Source: an uncultured virus (IMG/VR IMGVR_UViG_3300029954_000006)
Taxonomy: Duplodnaviria > Heunggongvirae > Uroviricota > Caudoviricetes
Direction: 5' to 3' (one strand)
Virus record (IMG/VR): IMGVR_UViG_3300029954_000006
DNA: 20,000 bases
Part shown: piece by piece, positions 1 to 7,851 of the stretch
Layout: each line of letters starts with the position of its first letter
Numbering within the stretch: position 1 is the stretch's first letter
Position numbers and translations under genes: made by a program
The notes under the pieces: generated by a model
What the model was told of the DNA's origin: nothing
Databases searched by the model: none
Seen by the model: the letters and a program-made list of their open reading frames with translations, nothing else

Positions 1-1475
1 GCCGCGGTTTCCTGGTCGAGCGGCTGAATCACCGGCTCCACCATGAAGCCTTCCTTCGGCATGAGCACGATGTCGGCGTGCGTGCCGCTCTTGTCGCGCC
101 GAAATGTCACCTGGGAAATGATCCAGTTCTTGCCCGTGAGTTTGAGGTGCGGCGCGTCCAGGCTCGCGAAGGCGTTGACGTGCCACAGCGTGCCGGCGCC
201 GTCCCGCCAGGAATCCACCGTCAATGAGCAGACATTGGAGCGGCCGTAGCGGCGCGCGACTTCCCATTTGCCGCGCCGCTCCGCGAAATCCGGCGCCAGC
301 GTCGCCTGTTCCGCGATGACGACGAGCTTGCGCATGCGTGGCACGACGGGCGGGTAATTGTCCTGGACTTCCAGCAGCGGCGGCATCGCGGCGCCGCCTT
401 CGACGACGTTCGTGCTGGTGATGTAGACGTCCACCACCGAATACCGTTGGTCCATGCCTTCGAGCGCGGCGCCCTGCTCGATGTTGCGGCCCTCGGAAAA
501 CCCGCTGGCCATGCTGTCCACGCCGACGCTGGCCACGTTCAGCGTGCCGTCCACCTCGTCATAGACCAGCAGCGCGGACCAGCGCGCCACCTGCTCGATG
601 ATCGCGAAGACGGTGTCGCCCAGATTGACGTTGAACTGCTTGATGATCGTGGGCTCGACGTTGCCGAGAATCTGGGTCTGGATCTTGTACTGCGCGGCGA
701 GGTTCGTAATGATCGAGAAGGCGTCGGCCTGGGCGATCTGCATGCCGGCCAGCTGATCCGGGTCCACGTCGCAATCCACCAGATCCTGGCATTTGGAGCG
801 GCCGATGATGCGCACGACGTTGCCGCCCGGCCCGATGCTGGGCATACGCCGATCCACGTAGCCGGTCAGCACCAGGGTGCTCCCGATATAGACGGAGCAC
901 GGGTCGCCGGCGGTGATGTCGACGGTGTTCGGCTGCCCCGGATAGCGTTCGGTGAGCGAAATGTCGAACGTGCTGGGCATGACCTCGATGCCGCGCATGA
1001 TGGACACGGATGACCAGCCGGTGATGGTCAGCCCCTTGACGAGCAGCTGCACGTCATCCGATTGCGATGTCGGCAGCAGCCCCGAGCCGCCGGCCTGCGG
1101 GTCCACGGCGCGCGCGATCGGCACCGCCGGCTCCGTCGCGGCGGGAGAGGCGGCGATGGGGGTGGGGGTGGGCACCGTCGGCGCCGGCGGCCCGAACGGC
1201 ACGGGCAGCCCCGCCGATCCCGTCGCCAGGTTTATTTCCGGGTTACCCGTCGCGGCGCCCGTCGCGGGGCCGGTGGTGGGGATCGCCAGACCGGCCCCCG
1301 CGGCACCGCCCGCGCCGCCGGTGTTGACCGCCGCGCCGAGTTCCGCGCCCGTGGGGCCGTCCGGTTCACTCCCGGCCAACGTCGCGAGGCTGGGGCCAAC
1401 GGTGGGCGGACTGCCGGTAAACGCGGCGGGGATCGGCCCGGTGCCGGAGCCGCCCGGGACGGTCGGATCGCTCAA
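1..1475 (-). CDS. Mu gp44/gpP-like baseplate hub protein, 3'-truncated by the window, with a long Pro/Gly/Ala/Thr-rich N-terminal extension
   Basis: Not in the ORF track because there is no stop in the window. Manually read frame from TTG at 1475 (TTGA overlap with the upstream stop, GAGG upstream). Core reads DDVQLLVKGLTITGWSSVSIMRGIEVMPSTFDISLTERYP...LVLTGYVD...IIGRSKCQDLVDC and ends ...IVLMPKEGFMVEP, typical of Mu P. Follows the DNA-circularization gene as in Mu. Confidence 0.88.
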   Translation of the reverse strand, partial: MSDPTVPGGSGTGPIPAAFTGSPPTVGPSLATLAGSEPDGPTGAELGAAVNTGGAGGAAGAGLAIPTTGPATGAATGNPEINLATGSAGLPVPFGPPAPTVPTPTPIAASPAATEPAVPIARAVDPQAGGSGLLPTSQSDDVQLLVKGLTITGWSSVSIMRGIEVMPSTFDISLTERYPGQPNTVDITAGDPCSVYIGSTLVLTGYVDRRMPSIGPGGNVVRIIGRSKCQDLVDCDVDPDQLAGMQIAQADAFSIITNLAAQYKIQTQILGNVEPTIIKQFNVNLGDTVFAIIEQVARWSALLVYDEVDGTLNVASVGVDSMASGFSEGRNIEQGAALEGMDQRYSVVDVYITSTNVVEGGAAMPPLLEVQDNYPPVVPRMRKLVVIAEQATLAPDFAERRGKWEVARRYGRSNVCSLTVDSWRDGAGTLWHVNAFASLDAPHLKLTGKNWIISQVTFRRDKSGTHADIVLMPKEGFMVEPVIQPLDQETA

Positions 1476-2929
1476 GAGGCCAGCGCCTCGAATTGCACCG
1501 GAAACATATTCGGGTTGATGGGATCGACGCGATTGACCAGCTCGCTGTACCGGCTCGCGTCCTGATACAGCGAATAGGCGATGGCCAGCCCCGGCCGCGA
1601 GGATGGTTCCGTCACGAGAATCACGGCGGCCAAATTCTGCGCGGCGGTGTTGAGCGTGTAGATCACCGCCGTGCGCAGCAGCCGCAGCGCCTGCGCCGTG
1701 GAGCTGTCGACCAGCAGCATTTCCCCGTCGATCAGCGCGCACAGCGCGTAGCGCAGCGAAACGGCGTCCTGGTAGCTGGTCGGCTGATAGGTGGCGACGG
1801 CCGCCGCGATTGATGAAATCGCCGCGCGTCGGCAGAGTCCCACCACGCCCTGCGTCACCGTCTGCACCGCGACGCCGATCGAATCCGCGCCCGTCGCCGG
1901 CACGTACGAGAAGCCGGCGAGCGGGACCAGCAGCTGAATGGCGGTGTAGGGGTCCTGGCAGCCGACGCGCACCGCCTCCGTCATCGCCTGGATCGCCGCC
2001 CCGAGGGTCGCGGCGTTGGCGGCCTGGGCGGCGACGTTCGGTCCCCCGAGGCCGCCGGCGGCGGTGATCGCGGTGTCGCAGGCGATGGTGACGGTGGTGC
2101 GCGCCGTGGTGACCCCGGCAATGGCGTCCTCGATCGACACGCCGGCGGCCTGCAAGGTCGCGCGCGTGCCGCCGACATAGCGCCCCACCAGGCCTGCGAC
2201 GCCGGTGACGGAATTGATGATCAGGCTGACGGAGCGCATCGCGGAAAGCACCGGGACGACAAACACGGACACCGCCGCGATCGCGGCATGCACCGCGCTG
2301 ATGCCGGAATTGATGGCGCTGGCCACGGTGGAGAGGCCGGTGTTGAGGGGGTCGGTGACATAGGGACCGGACAGGCTGGTCGACGCGGAGAAAGAGGTGA
2401 CGGCGGCGGCGTTGAAGGCGGCGCTGGCGCTGGCGATGGCGGTGGCGGCCGTGGTCGTGCCGGTCGGGTAGACCGGCCCCGGCACGGTTTCAAGAAACTC
2501 GAATGAAATCTCGATGCAGCCGCCGAATTCGCTGCTTTCCGTCATCTCCGCGCCGCCGATCAGCGCGACGCTTTTCGAGGTCAGGGACGGGTGGATCAGA
2601 ATCCCGGTGCCGGATGTCTCGCAGGCCGCCATCATGCTGGCGCGCTGGGTGAAAATCGGCAGCCGCGAAATCTTCGGGTCGCCGTCCACAAGGAATCCAG
2701 TGATGCGGTAGGGCCTCGGGTTGCGGCCAAGGTCCTCGACCCACACCACATCGCGGTACGGATAGGTATGCACCGCCGTCTGCCGGCCCGGCCGGATGGC
2801 GGCCTTGCGCGTTGCGAACGGCACGCCACGCCAGGACGCCAGGACGAGATGCTGGGTCCAATCGCCGCCGGCGAGGCCGCCGCTCGTCGCGGTGCCGCCG
2901 GAGCCCGCGGAGGGCATCGAGCCGGACAT
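1472..2929 (-). CDS. Mu gp43/gpN-like DNA circularization (tail-associated) protein, 485 aa
   Basis: N-terminal ASWRGVPF...GRQTAVHTYPYRD...EDLGR...G.LIHP (DNA_circ_N signature). C-terminal IAYSLYQDASRYSELV...INPNMFP. Lies between tape measure and hub. Confidence 0.92.
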   Translation of the reverse strand: MSGSMPSAGSGGTATSGGLAGGDWTQHLVLASWRGVPFATRKAAIRPGRQTAVHTYPYRDVVWVEDLGRNPRPYRITGFLVDGDPKISRLPIFTQRASMMAACETSGTGILIHPSLTSKSVALIGGAEMTESSEFGGCIEISFEFLETVPGPVYPTGTTTAATAIASASAAFNAAAVTSFSASTSLSGPYVTDPLNTGLSTVASAINSGISAVHAAIAAVSVFVVPVLSAMRSVSLIINSVTGVAGLVGRYVGGTRATLQAAGVSIEDAIAGVTTARTTVTIACDTAITAAGGLGGPNVAAQAANAATLGAAIQAMTEAVRVGCQDPYTAIQLLVPLAGFSYVPATGADSIGVAVQTVTQGVVGLCRRAAISSIAAAVATYQPTSYQDAVSLRYALCALIDGEMLLVDSSTAQALRLLRTAVIYTLNTAAQNLAAVILVTEPSSRPGLAIAYSLYQDASRYSELVNRVDPINPNMFPVQFEALAS

Positions 2930-4815
2930 CAGGTCACCGCCGCCGGCGTGCGGATGACGGAGGCCACCTGAAGGCCCGGATGGTCGGCGGTGACCGTCAC
3001 GGTGGCGCCGGGCGGTGCGTTGGTGTGGTTTACCTCAACCCGCAATCTGTCCATCAGGCTGCCCAGAGCGCCGCCGGAGGCGCTTGGCGGCGGCGCCTGT
3101 GCCGGCGGTCCGGCGGGCGCCGCAACGGCCCCTGGCGCGCCGTTGGCGGCGAGTTGCGTGGCCGGGTCCGCAACGCCGAGCCGCATGTTGACGCCGCGCC
3201 GCACCGCCGCCTGGTCCGGCGCGCCGCCCTCCTGGCGCGCCACCGCCTGAATGTATTTTTCCGCGAACGCGGCGTCGCGGAAATTCACGGCGTCTGTCCG
3301 CTTGATGCCGAGGTCCTTGGCGACCTTGTCGATGTAGCCTTCCACGCCTGGGTTTTCGTCCGCCGGCGTGGCGCGGTGGATGATTTCCTCGATCGTGCGC
3401 AGATGGTGCCTGTCCTGGTCGATGAGCAGCTGGTTGAGGTCGGCGGCGACGCCGGTTTCCATGTTGCTGAATTTGGCCATGCCCGCCTGGTTCGTCGCCC
3501 CTTCCTGCCCCACGAAGGTCAGGTTGGTCGGGTTGTTGTTGCGCATGTTCCGGAGATTGCCGCCGCCTTGGCTGGCGTCCGCCCCGCTGTAGACGCCCGC
3601 TCCGCCCGCGGCGCCGCCGGCAGGCCCGGAATCGGACTCGTTGCGGTCATCCATCGCGCGGATGACGCGGCGCGGGCTGCCGCTCGCCCCTTCGCCGGGA
3701 TCATACGTCAAATCCGCGTTCGTCGCGGGCGCGCGCGCCGCCGGCATGCCCGGGCTCGTCGCGGGCGCGGCGCTCAAGAGGGGCGCCTCCGTCGTTTCGT
3801 CGTAGCCGAACAGTTTGCGCACGAGCCAGTTGCGGCTGGCGCTCGTGGTGACGCCCAGGAGATTGTCCACCTCCGTCACGACCCAGATCGCGCCCTTGCC
3901 GATTGTGTCGAAGAACGTCTTGATTTCCCCGGGATGGTTGGCAACGAACCGCGTGATGTCCTCGGTGACGTGTTCCAGCGCCGGGGCCAGCGCCTGCATC
4001 AAATCGAACCCCATGCCGCGAAACTGCTCGGTCAGCTTGTTCTGTTCGCGCTGCAAATCCGCCGCGACGATGGTTTCCGCCAGCGTCAACGGCGGACTTT
4101 TGGCGGCCTCCGCGTTGTAGGCGTCCAGCCCCTCCGTGCCGAATTTGAGCCAGGAAAACATTTCCCGGCCCATGCCGATCGTGTCGAGGAAATGCAGCGC
4201 CGCGTGCTCATGGCCGGACTTCGCGAAGCCTTCCACGACGTTGGCCACTTGCGGCAGCGTTTTGGTGACGTCCGCCACGCCGCGCGCGGTGCCGCCGAAA
4301 TCAATATGCACCTGCTTGAACATATTGGCGGCGGCGTCATTGCGGCCGAACGCCGCGTCCGCGAGCGTGTCCTGCAAGCCCGAAAGGCTTTGCGTCACCT
4401 GATCCGTGGAAAGCCCGGCCAGCTCGCCGGATTTCTGGAGGTTGTAGAATTGCTGCACGGGGATGCCGAGGGACGCGGCGGTGCGGCCGGTGGTCGCGGC
4501 GAACGAGGTGAAACTTTCCGCCACCCCGGCAATGCCGGCGATGATGCCGCCAGCGGCGACGGCGCCGATCGCGGGGATGAATTTTCCCACGGTGGAAATC
4601 GCCGAGGCGGCGGCGCCATGCACGTCATTGACGCCCTTGCGCACCACGCCGAGGTTCGCCCTGGTCAGGCCCATGCGGGTGAACAAGCCGCCCTTGTCCG
4701 GCGTGGCCTTGGTGAGCCCCTTCATTTGGCGCGCGATCTGGGAAAGCGCGTCGGTGGTGTTGTCGATCGCGGAGATGCGGATGCCGATCGCGGCGAGGGT
4801 GGCCGAGCTGGGCAT
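2929..4815 (-). CDS. Tape measure protein paralog 2 (628 aa) with RNNNP-type putative lysozyme/transglycosylase-like domain
   Basis: Start moved to ATG 4815 (MPSSATLAA, GGAGG upstream, homologous to the paralog 1 start). Ala/Gly-rich helical N-terminal half. Domain RNNNPTNL...FSNMETGVAA...TIEEII..ATPADEN...YIDKVA...QEGG at about 3225-3550. Stop overlaps the next ATG (TGATG). Confidence 0.82.
   Translation of the reverse strand: MPSSATLAAIGIRISAIDNTTDALSQIARQMKGLTKATPDKGGLFTRMGLTRANLGVVRKGVNDVHGAAASAISTVGKFIPAIGAVAAGGIIAGIAGVAESFTSFAATTGRTAASLGIPVQQFYNLQKSGELAGLSTDQVTQSLSGLQDTLADAAFGRNDAAANMFKQVHIDFGGTARGVADVTKTLPQVANVVEGFAKSGHEHAALHFLDTIGMGREMFSWLKFGTEGLDAYNAEAAKSPPLTLAETIVAADLQREQNKLTEQFRGMGFDLMQALAPALEHVTEDITRFVANHPGEIKTFFDTIGKGAIWVVTEVDNLLGVTTSASRNWLVRKLFGYDETTEAPLLSAAPATSPGMPAARAPATNADLTYDPGEGASGSPRRVIRAMDDRNESDSGPAGGAAGGAGVYSGADASQGGGNLRNMRNNNPTNLTFVGQEGATNQAGMAKFSNMETGVAADLNQLLIDQDRHHLRTIEEIIHRATPADENPGVEGYIDKVAKDLGIKRTDAVNFRDAAFAEKYIQAVARQEGGAPDQAAVRRGVNMRLGVADPATQLAANGAPGAVAAPAGPPAQAPPPSASGGALGSLMDRLRVEVNHTNAPPGATVTVTADHPGLQVASVIRTPAAVT
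4406..4461. repeat. 56-bp perfect direct repeat, copy in TMP paralog 2 (partner 6219-6274)
   Basis: GTGGAAAGCCCGGCCAGCTCGCCGGATTTCTGGAGGTTGTAGAATTGCTGCACGGG is identical at both sites. An adjacent 27-bp block is also identical (4474-4500 = 6287-6313). Offset 1813 bp. Confidence 0.95.
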
Positions 4816-4816
4816 G

Positions 4817-6646
4817 CTAGACTGCCTCCGGCATGGACACGCGCGTGCGCACCGGCGCGACCGGAACGGTGGGCGGCGGCGGCGCGGCCGGATCGTTGTA
4901 GCCGGCGGTCGGCACGGTGCCGTGATCGACATCGATGCGCAGCCTGGCCATCAGATTGTCCATGCCACCGCCGGAATCGCTTGGCGCCGGTGCTGGCGCG
5001 TCAGGGCCCGCGGGTCCGGCGGCCTTGGCGGCGATCGCGGCACGGCGGATGTCGATGGAGGAGGCATCCTCCCAGGAGTGCCCGACCTTGTCGCCGTAAT
5101 TGCCGCTGACGGCCTCGATCTGCTCCTGGCCATGCGTGCCGGCCCGGGTTTTTCCCGAGGCGATGAGGACATGGCCGCCCGTCTCGCCGGCGGCGGCGCC
5201 ATGCGCCTGGACGAGCACGTCGCCGGTTTTCACCGCCGTCTTGTCCGCGACCGTCTCGCCCCATTTCAGGAAGGAGGTGGCCACCGCGGAGCCGGTGCCC
5301 TGGATACCGACTTCCTTGAGCTGCTGGTTGACGAATTTGGCGCACCACGCTTCGACGCTGTTGTTCATGCCGGCGGCGATGGCGCCCTGATCCTTGTGGG
5401 CGTAGGCGCGCGCGTAGATGTCCGATTCCTGTCCGGTTTGCGTCTGACCGCCGGGTCCGGCCGCCGGGCCGCCGCCGCCGCCGTCCGGCGCTCGCGCTTC
5501 CGGCGCGACGTATCCCGGCGTATTTTCGTCGTCCGGCGGGGGTTTGTCATTGTTGCGGATGCCGAGCTTGTCGAGCACCCAATGATTGACATCGCCGGCG
5601 AAGCGGCCGGTGGCGTAGCCCATCGCATAGTCCGTCTTGACGACTTTGCTCACGGCGTCCGCGACCTTGGCGAGTCCCCTGAGACCGTCAATGACCAGCT
5701 TCAATCCCCGACCGACGCTGTCAAAGGACGCCTTGATTTGCTCTGGATGATTTTGCAGGAACACGTCGAGGCCCTGGGTGACGCTGATCAGGCTGGGCGC
5801 GAGCGCCTGCATCAACTCAAACCCCATGCCGCGGAATTGCTGGGTCAGCGCGGTCTGTGACTGTTGCAGATCGTACGCCTTTTTGACCATGTCCAAGGTG
5901 AGCGGTGGGCTTTTGGCCGCTTCCGCGTTCCATGCGGCCAACCCCTCCGTGCCGAAGCGCAGAAAGGTGAAGGAGTCACGGCCCATGCCGGACGCGTCCA
6001 GCAGGTGCAGCGCGGCGTGGTTCTGGCCGGTGTCCGCGAGGTACTTCACCGCCTCCGCCATCTGCGGCAGCGCGACGAGCACGTTGGCGGCGCCATGGGC
6101 GACGTCGCCAAACCCTATGTGGAACGCGGTGAACATCTGGGCGAGGGCGTTGTTCCGACCGAACGCCGCGTCATTGAGGCCGTCCTGCAGGCCGGAAATC
6201 GCCGTCGTCACCTGGTCGGTGGAAAGCCCGGCCAGCTCGCCGGATTTCTGGAGGTTGTAGAATTGCTGCACGGGAATACCGAGCATCGCGGCGGTGCGGC
6301 CGGTGGTCGCGGCCAGACTGCTAAACCCCGTCACCATCTTGCCGATGCCGGCGACGATGCCGATGCCGGCCGCCGCCACGGCCACGGCGCCGATCGCCGG
6401 GATGAACAGGCCGACGGTGCCGATGGCCGACATCGCCCCGGACCTTATCGCGGAAAAACCCTTGCCGACCGCGCGCATGTTTTTGGCGGTCAGCCCGAGC
6501 CGATCGAACAGCCCCTGCTTTGAATCCTGCGCGCCGATCTTGCCGATGGACTTCATGTCGCGGGAGATACGAAGCAACGTGTCGGAGGCGTCGTTGACGG
6601 CGTCGATCTTGATCTTGAAGGCGGCCAGCGTCGCGGCGTTTGGCAT
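4817..6646 (-). CDS. Tape measure protein paralog 1 (609 aa) with CHAP/NlpC-P60-superfamily (TIGR02594-like) peptidoglycan peptidase/amidase domain
   Basis: Directly follows the chaperone frameshift product, with a G-rich SD. N-terminus KIKIDAVNDAS is TMP-like. Domain AWCAKFVN..L...G..GTGSAVATSFLKWG...GDVLV...GGHVLI...EAVSGNYGDKV at about 5040-5420, with Cys codon at 5342-5344 and His codon at 5171-5173. Confidence 0.85.
   Translation of the reverse strand: MPNAATLAAFKIKIDAVNDASDTLLRISRDMKSIGKIGAQDSKQGLFDRLGLTAKNMRAVGKGFSAIRSGAMSAIGTVGLFIPAIGAVAVAAAGIGIVAGIGKMVTGFSSLAATTGRTAAMLGIPVQQFYNLQKSGELAGLSTDQVTTAISGLQDGLNDAAFGRNNALAQMFTAFHIGFGDVAHGAANVLVALPQMAEAVKYLADTGQNHAALHLLDASGMGRDSFTFLRFGTEGLAAWNAEAAKSPPLTLDMVKKAYDLQQSQTALTQQFRGMGFELMQALAPSLISVTQGLDVFLQNHPEQIKASFDSVGRGLKLVIDGLRGLAKVADAVSKVVKTDYAMGYATGRFAGDVNHWVLDKLGIRNNDKPPPDDENTPGYVAPEARAPDGGGGGPAAGPGGQTQTGQESDIYARAYAHKDQGAIAAGMNNSVEAWCAKFVNQQLKEVGIQGTGSAVATSFLKWGETVADKTAVKTGDVLVQAHGAAAGETGGHVLIASGKTRAGTHGQEQIEAVSGNYGDKVGHSWEDASSIDIRRAAIAAKAAGPAGPDAPAPAPSDSGGGMDNLMARLRIDVDHGTVPTAGYNDPAAPPPPTVPVAPVRTRVSMPEAV
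6219..6274. repeat. 56-bp perfect direct repeat, copy in TMP paralog 1 (partner 4406-4461)
   Basis: Identical to 4406-4461 by direct comparison. Confidence 0.95.
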
Positions 6647-6655
6647 GCGGCCCCC

Positions 6656-6814
6656 CTAGAGCGGCGTCTTGGCCTGCCGGTTCGCCTGCCCGAGCCACCA
6701 CATGAGGCGGGTGCCGGTGATCGCGAACCCCGAGCCGGCGCCGTCCGCCGGCCAGCCGTAGCGGCGCGTCAGGTCCGCGATCAGGTCGAGCCAGTTCGAC
6801 GGCCAGCCCCGGTA
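6656..6814 (-). CDS. -1 frameshift extension of the tail assembly chaperone (gpGT / P2 gpE+E'-like), 52 aa; full product about 236 aa
   Basis: The -1 frame after G GGT TTT reads YRGWPSNWLDLIADLTRRYGWPADGAGSGFAITGTRLMWWLGQANRQAKTPL*. The IADL..YGWP...L.WW..A pattern is typical of gpE'-like extensions. It fills the gap up to the TMP SD. Confidence 0.82.
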   Translation of the reverse strand, partial: YRGWPSNWLDLIADLTRRYGWPADGAGSGFAITGTRLMWWLGQANRQAKTPL

Positions 6815-7365
6815 AAACCCGCGAGGTATCGAAACCCCTCGTCCAATATCGTGATCGGCACGCGCTCGATGATGCCGCGGTGGCAGCCGCTGACCAGCGC
6901 CATCAGCAGTATCTGGAATTTGCGGATGCTTTCCGCGTCGCGGCCGTTGCCCAGCTCCGCGTAGGCTTTCTCAAGTTCGCCGGTCAGCGGCTCGCGCAGC
7001 TCAAGCATGTCGTGGCGGCGGCTGTGCAGCTCGATCGGCGGCACCAGGGGGATTTCCAACTCCGGCGGCCGCGTCACGGTGTAGTCAGCCTGGGGCGGCG
7101 CGTCGACGAATTCATCCAGGTAGGCGATGGCCGCGTTCAGATCGGTGACCCGCAGCCGCCGCGCCGCGTCGAGGGGAATGCCGGTCACTTCGGCGATCAA
7201 CTGAATGTCGCGGGCATGCCGCGTCGCCGGCGTCAGGAACGCCGACAACTTGACTTCCGCGCGCAGCACCTCGCCGGTCAGCGGCTCGCGCAGCTTGAGC
7301 TGCATGATCTTGCCCCCGCCGCTGTCAATCGGGGGATCGAGAACGATGATTTTTTCGGGGTCCAC
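6781..7365 (-). CDS. Tail assembly chaperone (FluMu gp41 / Mu gp41-like) with two tandem domains, 194 aa
   Basis: Lies between tube and TMP. Motif L.PPI......L.LREPLTGE occurs twice, 98 codons apart. A 25-bp identical DNA block occurs at 6977-7001 and 7271-7295. Confidence 0.85.
   Translation of the reverse strand: MDPEKIIVLDPPIDSGGGKIMQLKLREPLTGEVLRAEVKLSAFLTPATRHARDIQLIAEVTGIPLDAARRLRVTDLNAAIAYLDEFVDAPPQADYTVTRPPELEIPLVPPIELHSRRHDMLELREPLTGELEKAYAELGNGRDAESIRKFQILLMALVSGCHRGIIERVPITILDEGFRYLAGFTGAGRRTGST
6814..6820 (-). promoter_or_regulatory. Programmed -1 ribosomal frameshift slippery heptamer G GGT TTT
   Basis: X XXY YYZ heptamer in the correct phase, 10 codons before the chaperone stop. 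The -1 frame is open and encodes a recognisable gpE'-like peptide. Confidence 0.82.
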
Positions 7366-7368
7366 GCG

Positions 7369-7755
7369 TCAGGTCCCCGTCAGCCCCGGACCTTCGAAGC
7401 GGGCCTCGAATTCGCCGGTGTTGGCGTCCACCTCCCGCGCCAGCGTGCAGCCCATCGTGCTGCCGGTGACCACCTTCCCATTCGCGAGCGTGATCATGAC
7501 GGTAGACGAAACCATGCCGGCGAAATCACTGACCTTGATTCCGGAATTGTCGCGGACCTTGAAGGCGATGAAGGCGGCAGCGTATTTGCCGGACTGGCCG
7601 TGATAACCGTTGTAACCGACTTGGCTCTCCCGGATGATCACGGTGTCGGAATAGGTCACGTCGGAAATGTTGTAGAGCGTGCCGTCGATTGACGCGGTGC
7701 CAATGCCGGCGATCAGGTTCTGCGGGCCGTTGATGCCGTTGGTGGTGCCGGACAT
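7369..7755 (-). CDS. Mu-like tail tube protein, 128 aa
   Basis: Follows the sheath. IAGIGTASIDG...RESQVG..GYHG...TVMITLANGKV...GEFEARFEG matches the Mu gpM-type tube. AAAGGA SD. Confidence 0.88.
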   Translation of the reverse strand: MSGTTNGINGPQNLIAGIGTASIDGTLYNISDVTYSDTVIIRESQVGYNGYHGQSGKYAAAFIAFKVRDNSGIKVSDFAGMVSSTVMITLANGKVVTGSTMGCTLAREVDANTGEFEARFEGPGLTGT

Positions 7756-7768
7756 GGCTTCGTCCTTT

Positions 7769-7809
7769 CGCGCGCGCGCGCCCGGGGCGGGGCATGCGCT
7801 GCCCCGCCC
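7769..7809. other. Intergenic stem-loop (10-bp GC stem, 7785-7794/7800-7809) next to a (CG)6C tract
   Basis: GGGCGGGGCA-TGCGC-TGCCCCGCCC. No U-tract on the coding strand, so not called a terminator. Confidence 0.5.
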
Positions 7810-7851
7810 GGTTCGGCCGCATAATTTTCAGGGGTTTCTGGGGAGGCGCGC

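Noticed and set aside
4813..4819. Possibility that the two TMP ORFs are one frameshifted gene or pseudogene
   Set aside because: Each has homologous N- and C-termini and its own start and SD, so this is a duplication rather than a split gene.
4816..4932. 39-aa N-terminal extension on TMP paralog 2 in the ORF track
   Set aside because: Overlaps paralog 1; ATG 4815 has an SD and aligns with the paralog 1 start.
2812..5109. 765-aa plus-strand ORF (and similar long plus-strand ORFs at 4463-5860, 8218-9342, 12086-13210, 14485-15885, 17135-18409)
   Set aside because: Antisense shadows of well-supported high-GC genes, with Arg/His/Gly-rich composition and no recognisable motifs.
4406..6313. DGR template/variable repeat or invertible-switch interpretation of the TMP repeats
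   Set aside because: Differences are not adenine-specific, the repeats are direct, and no reverse transcriptase or invertase is present in the window.
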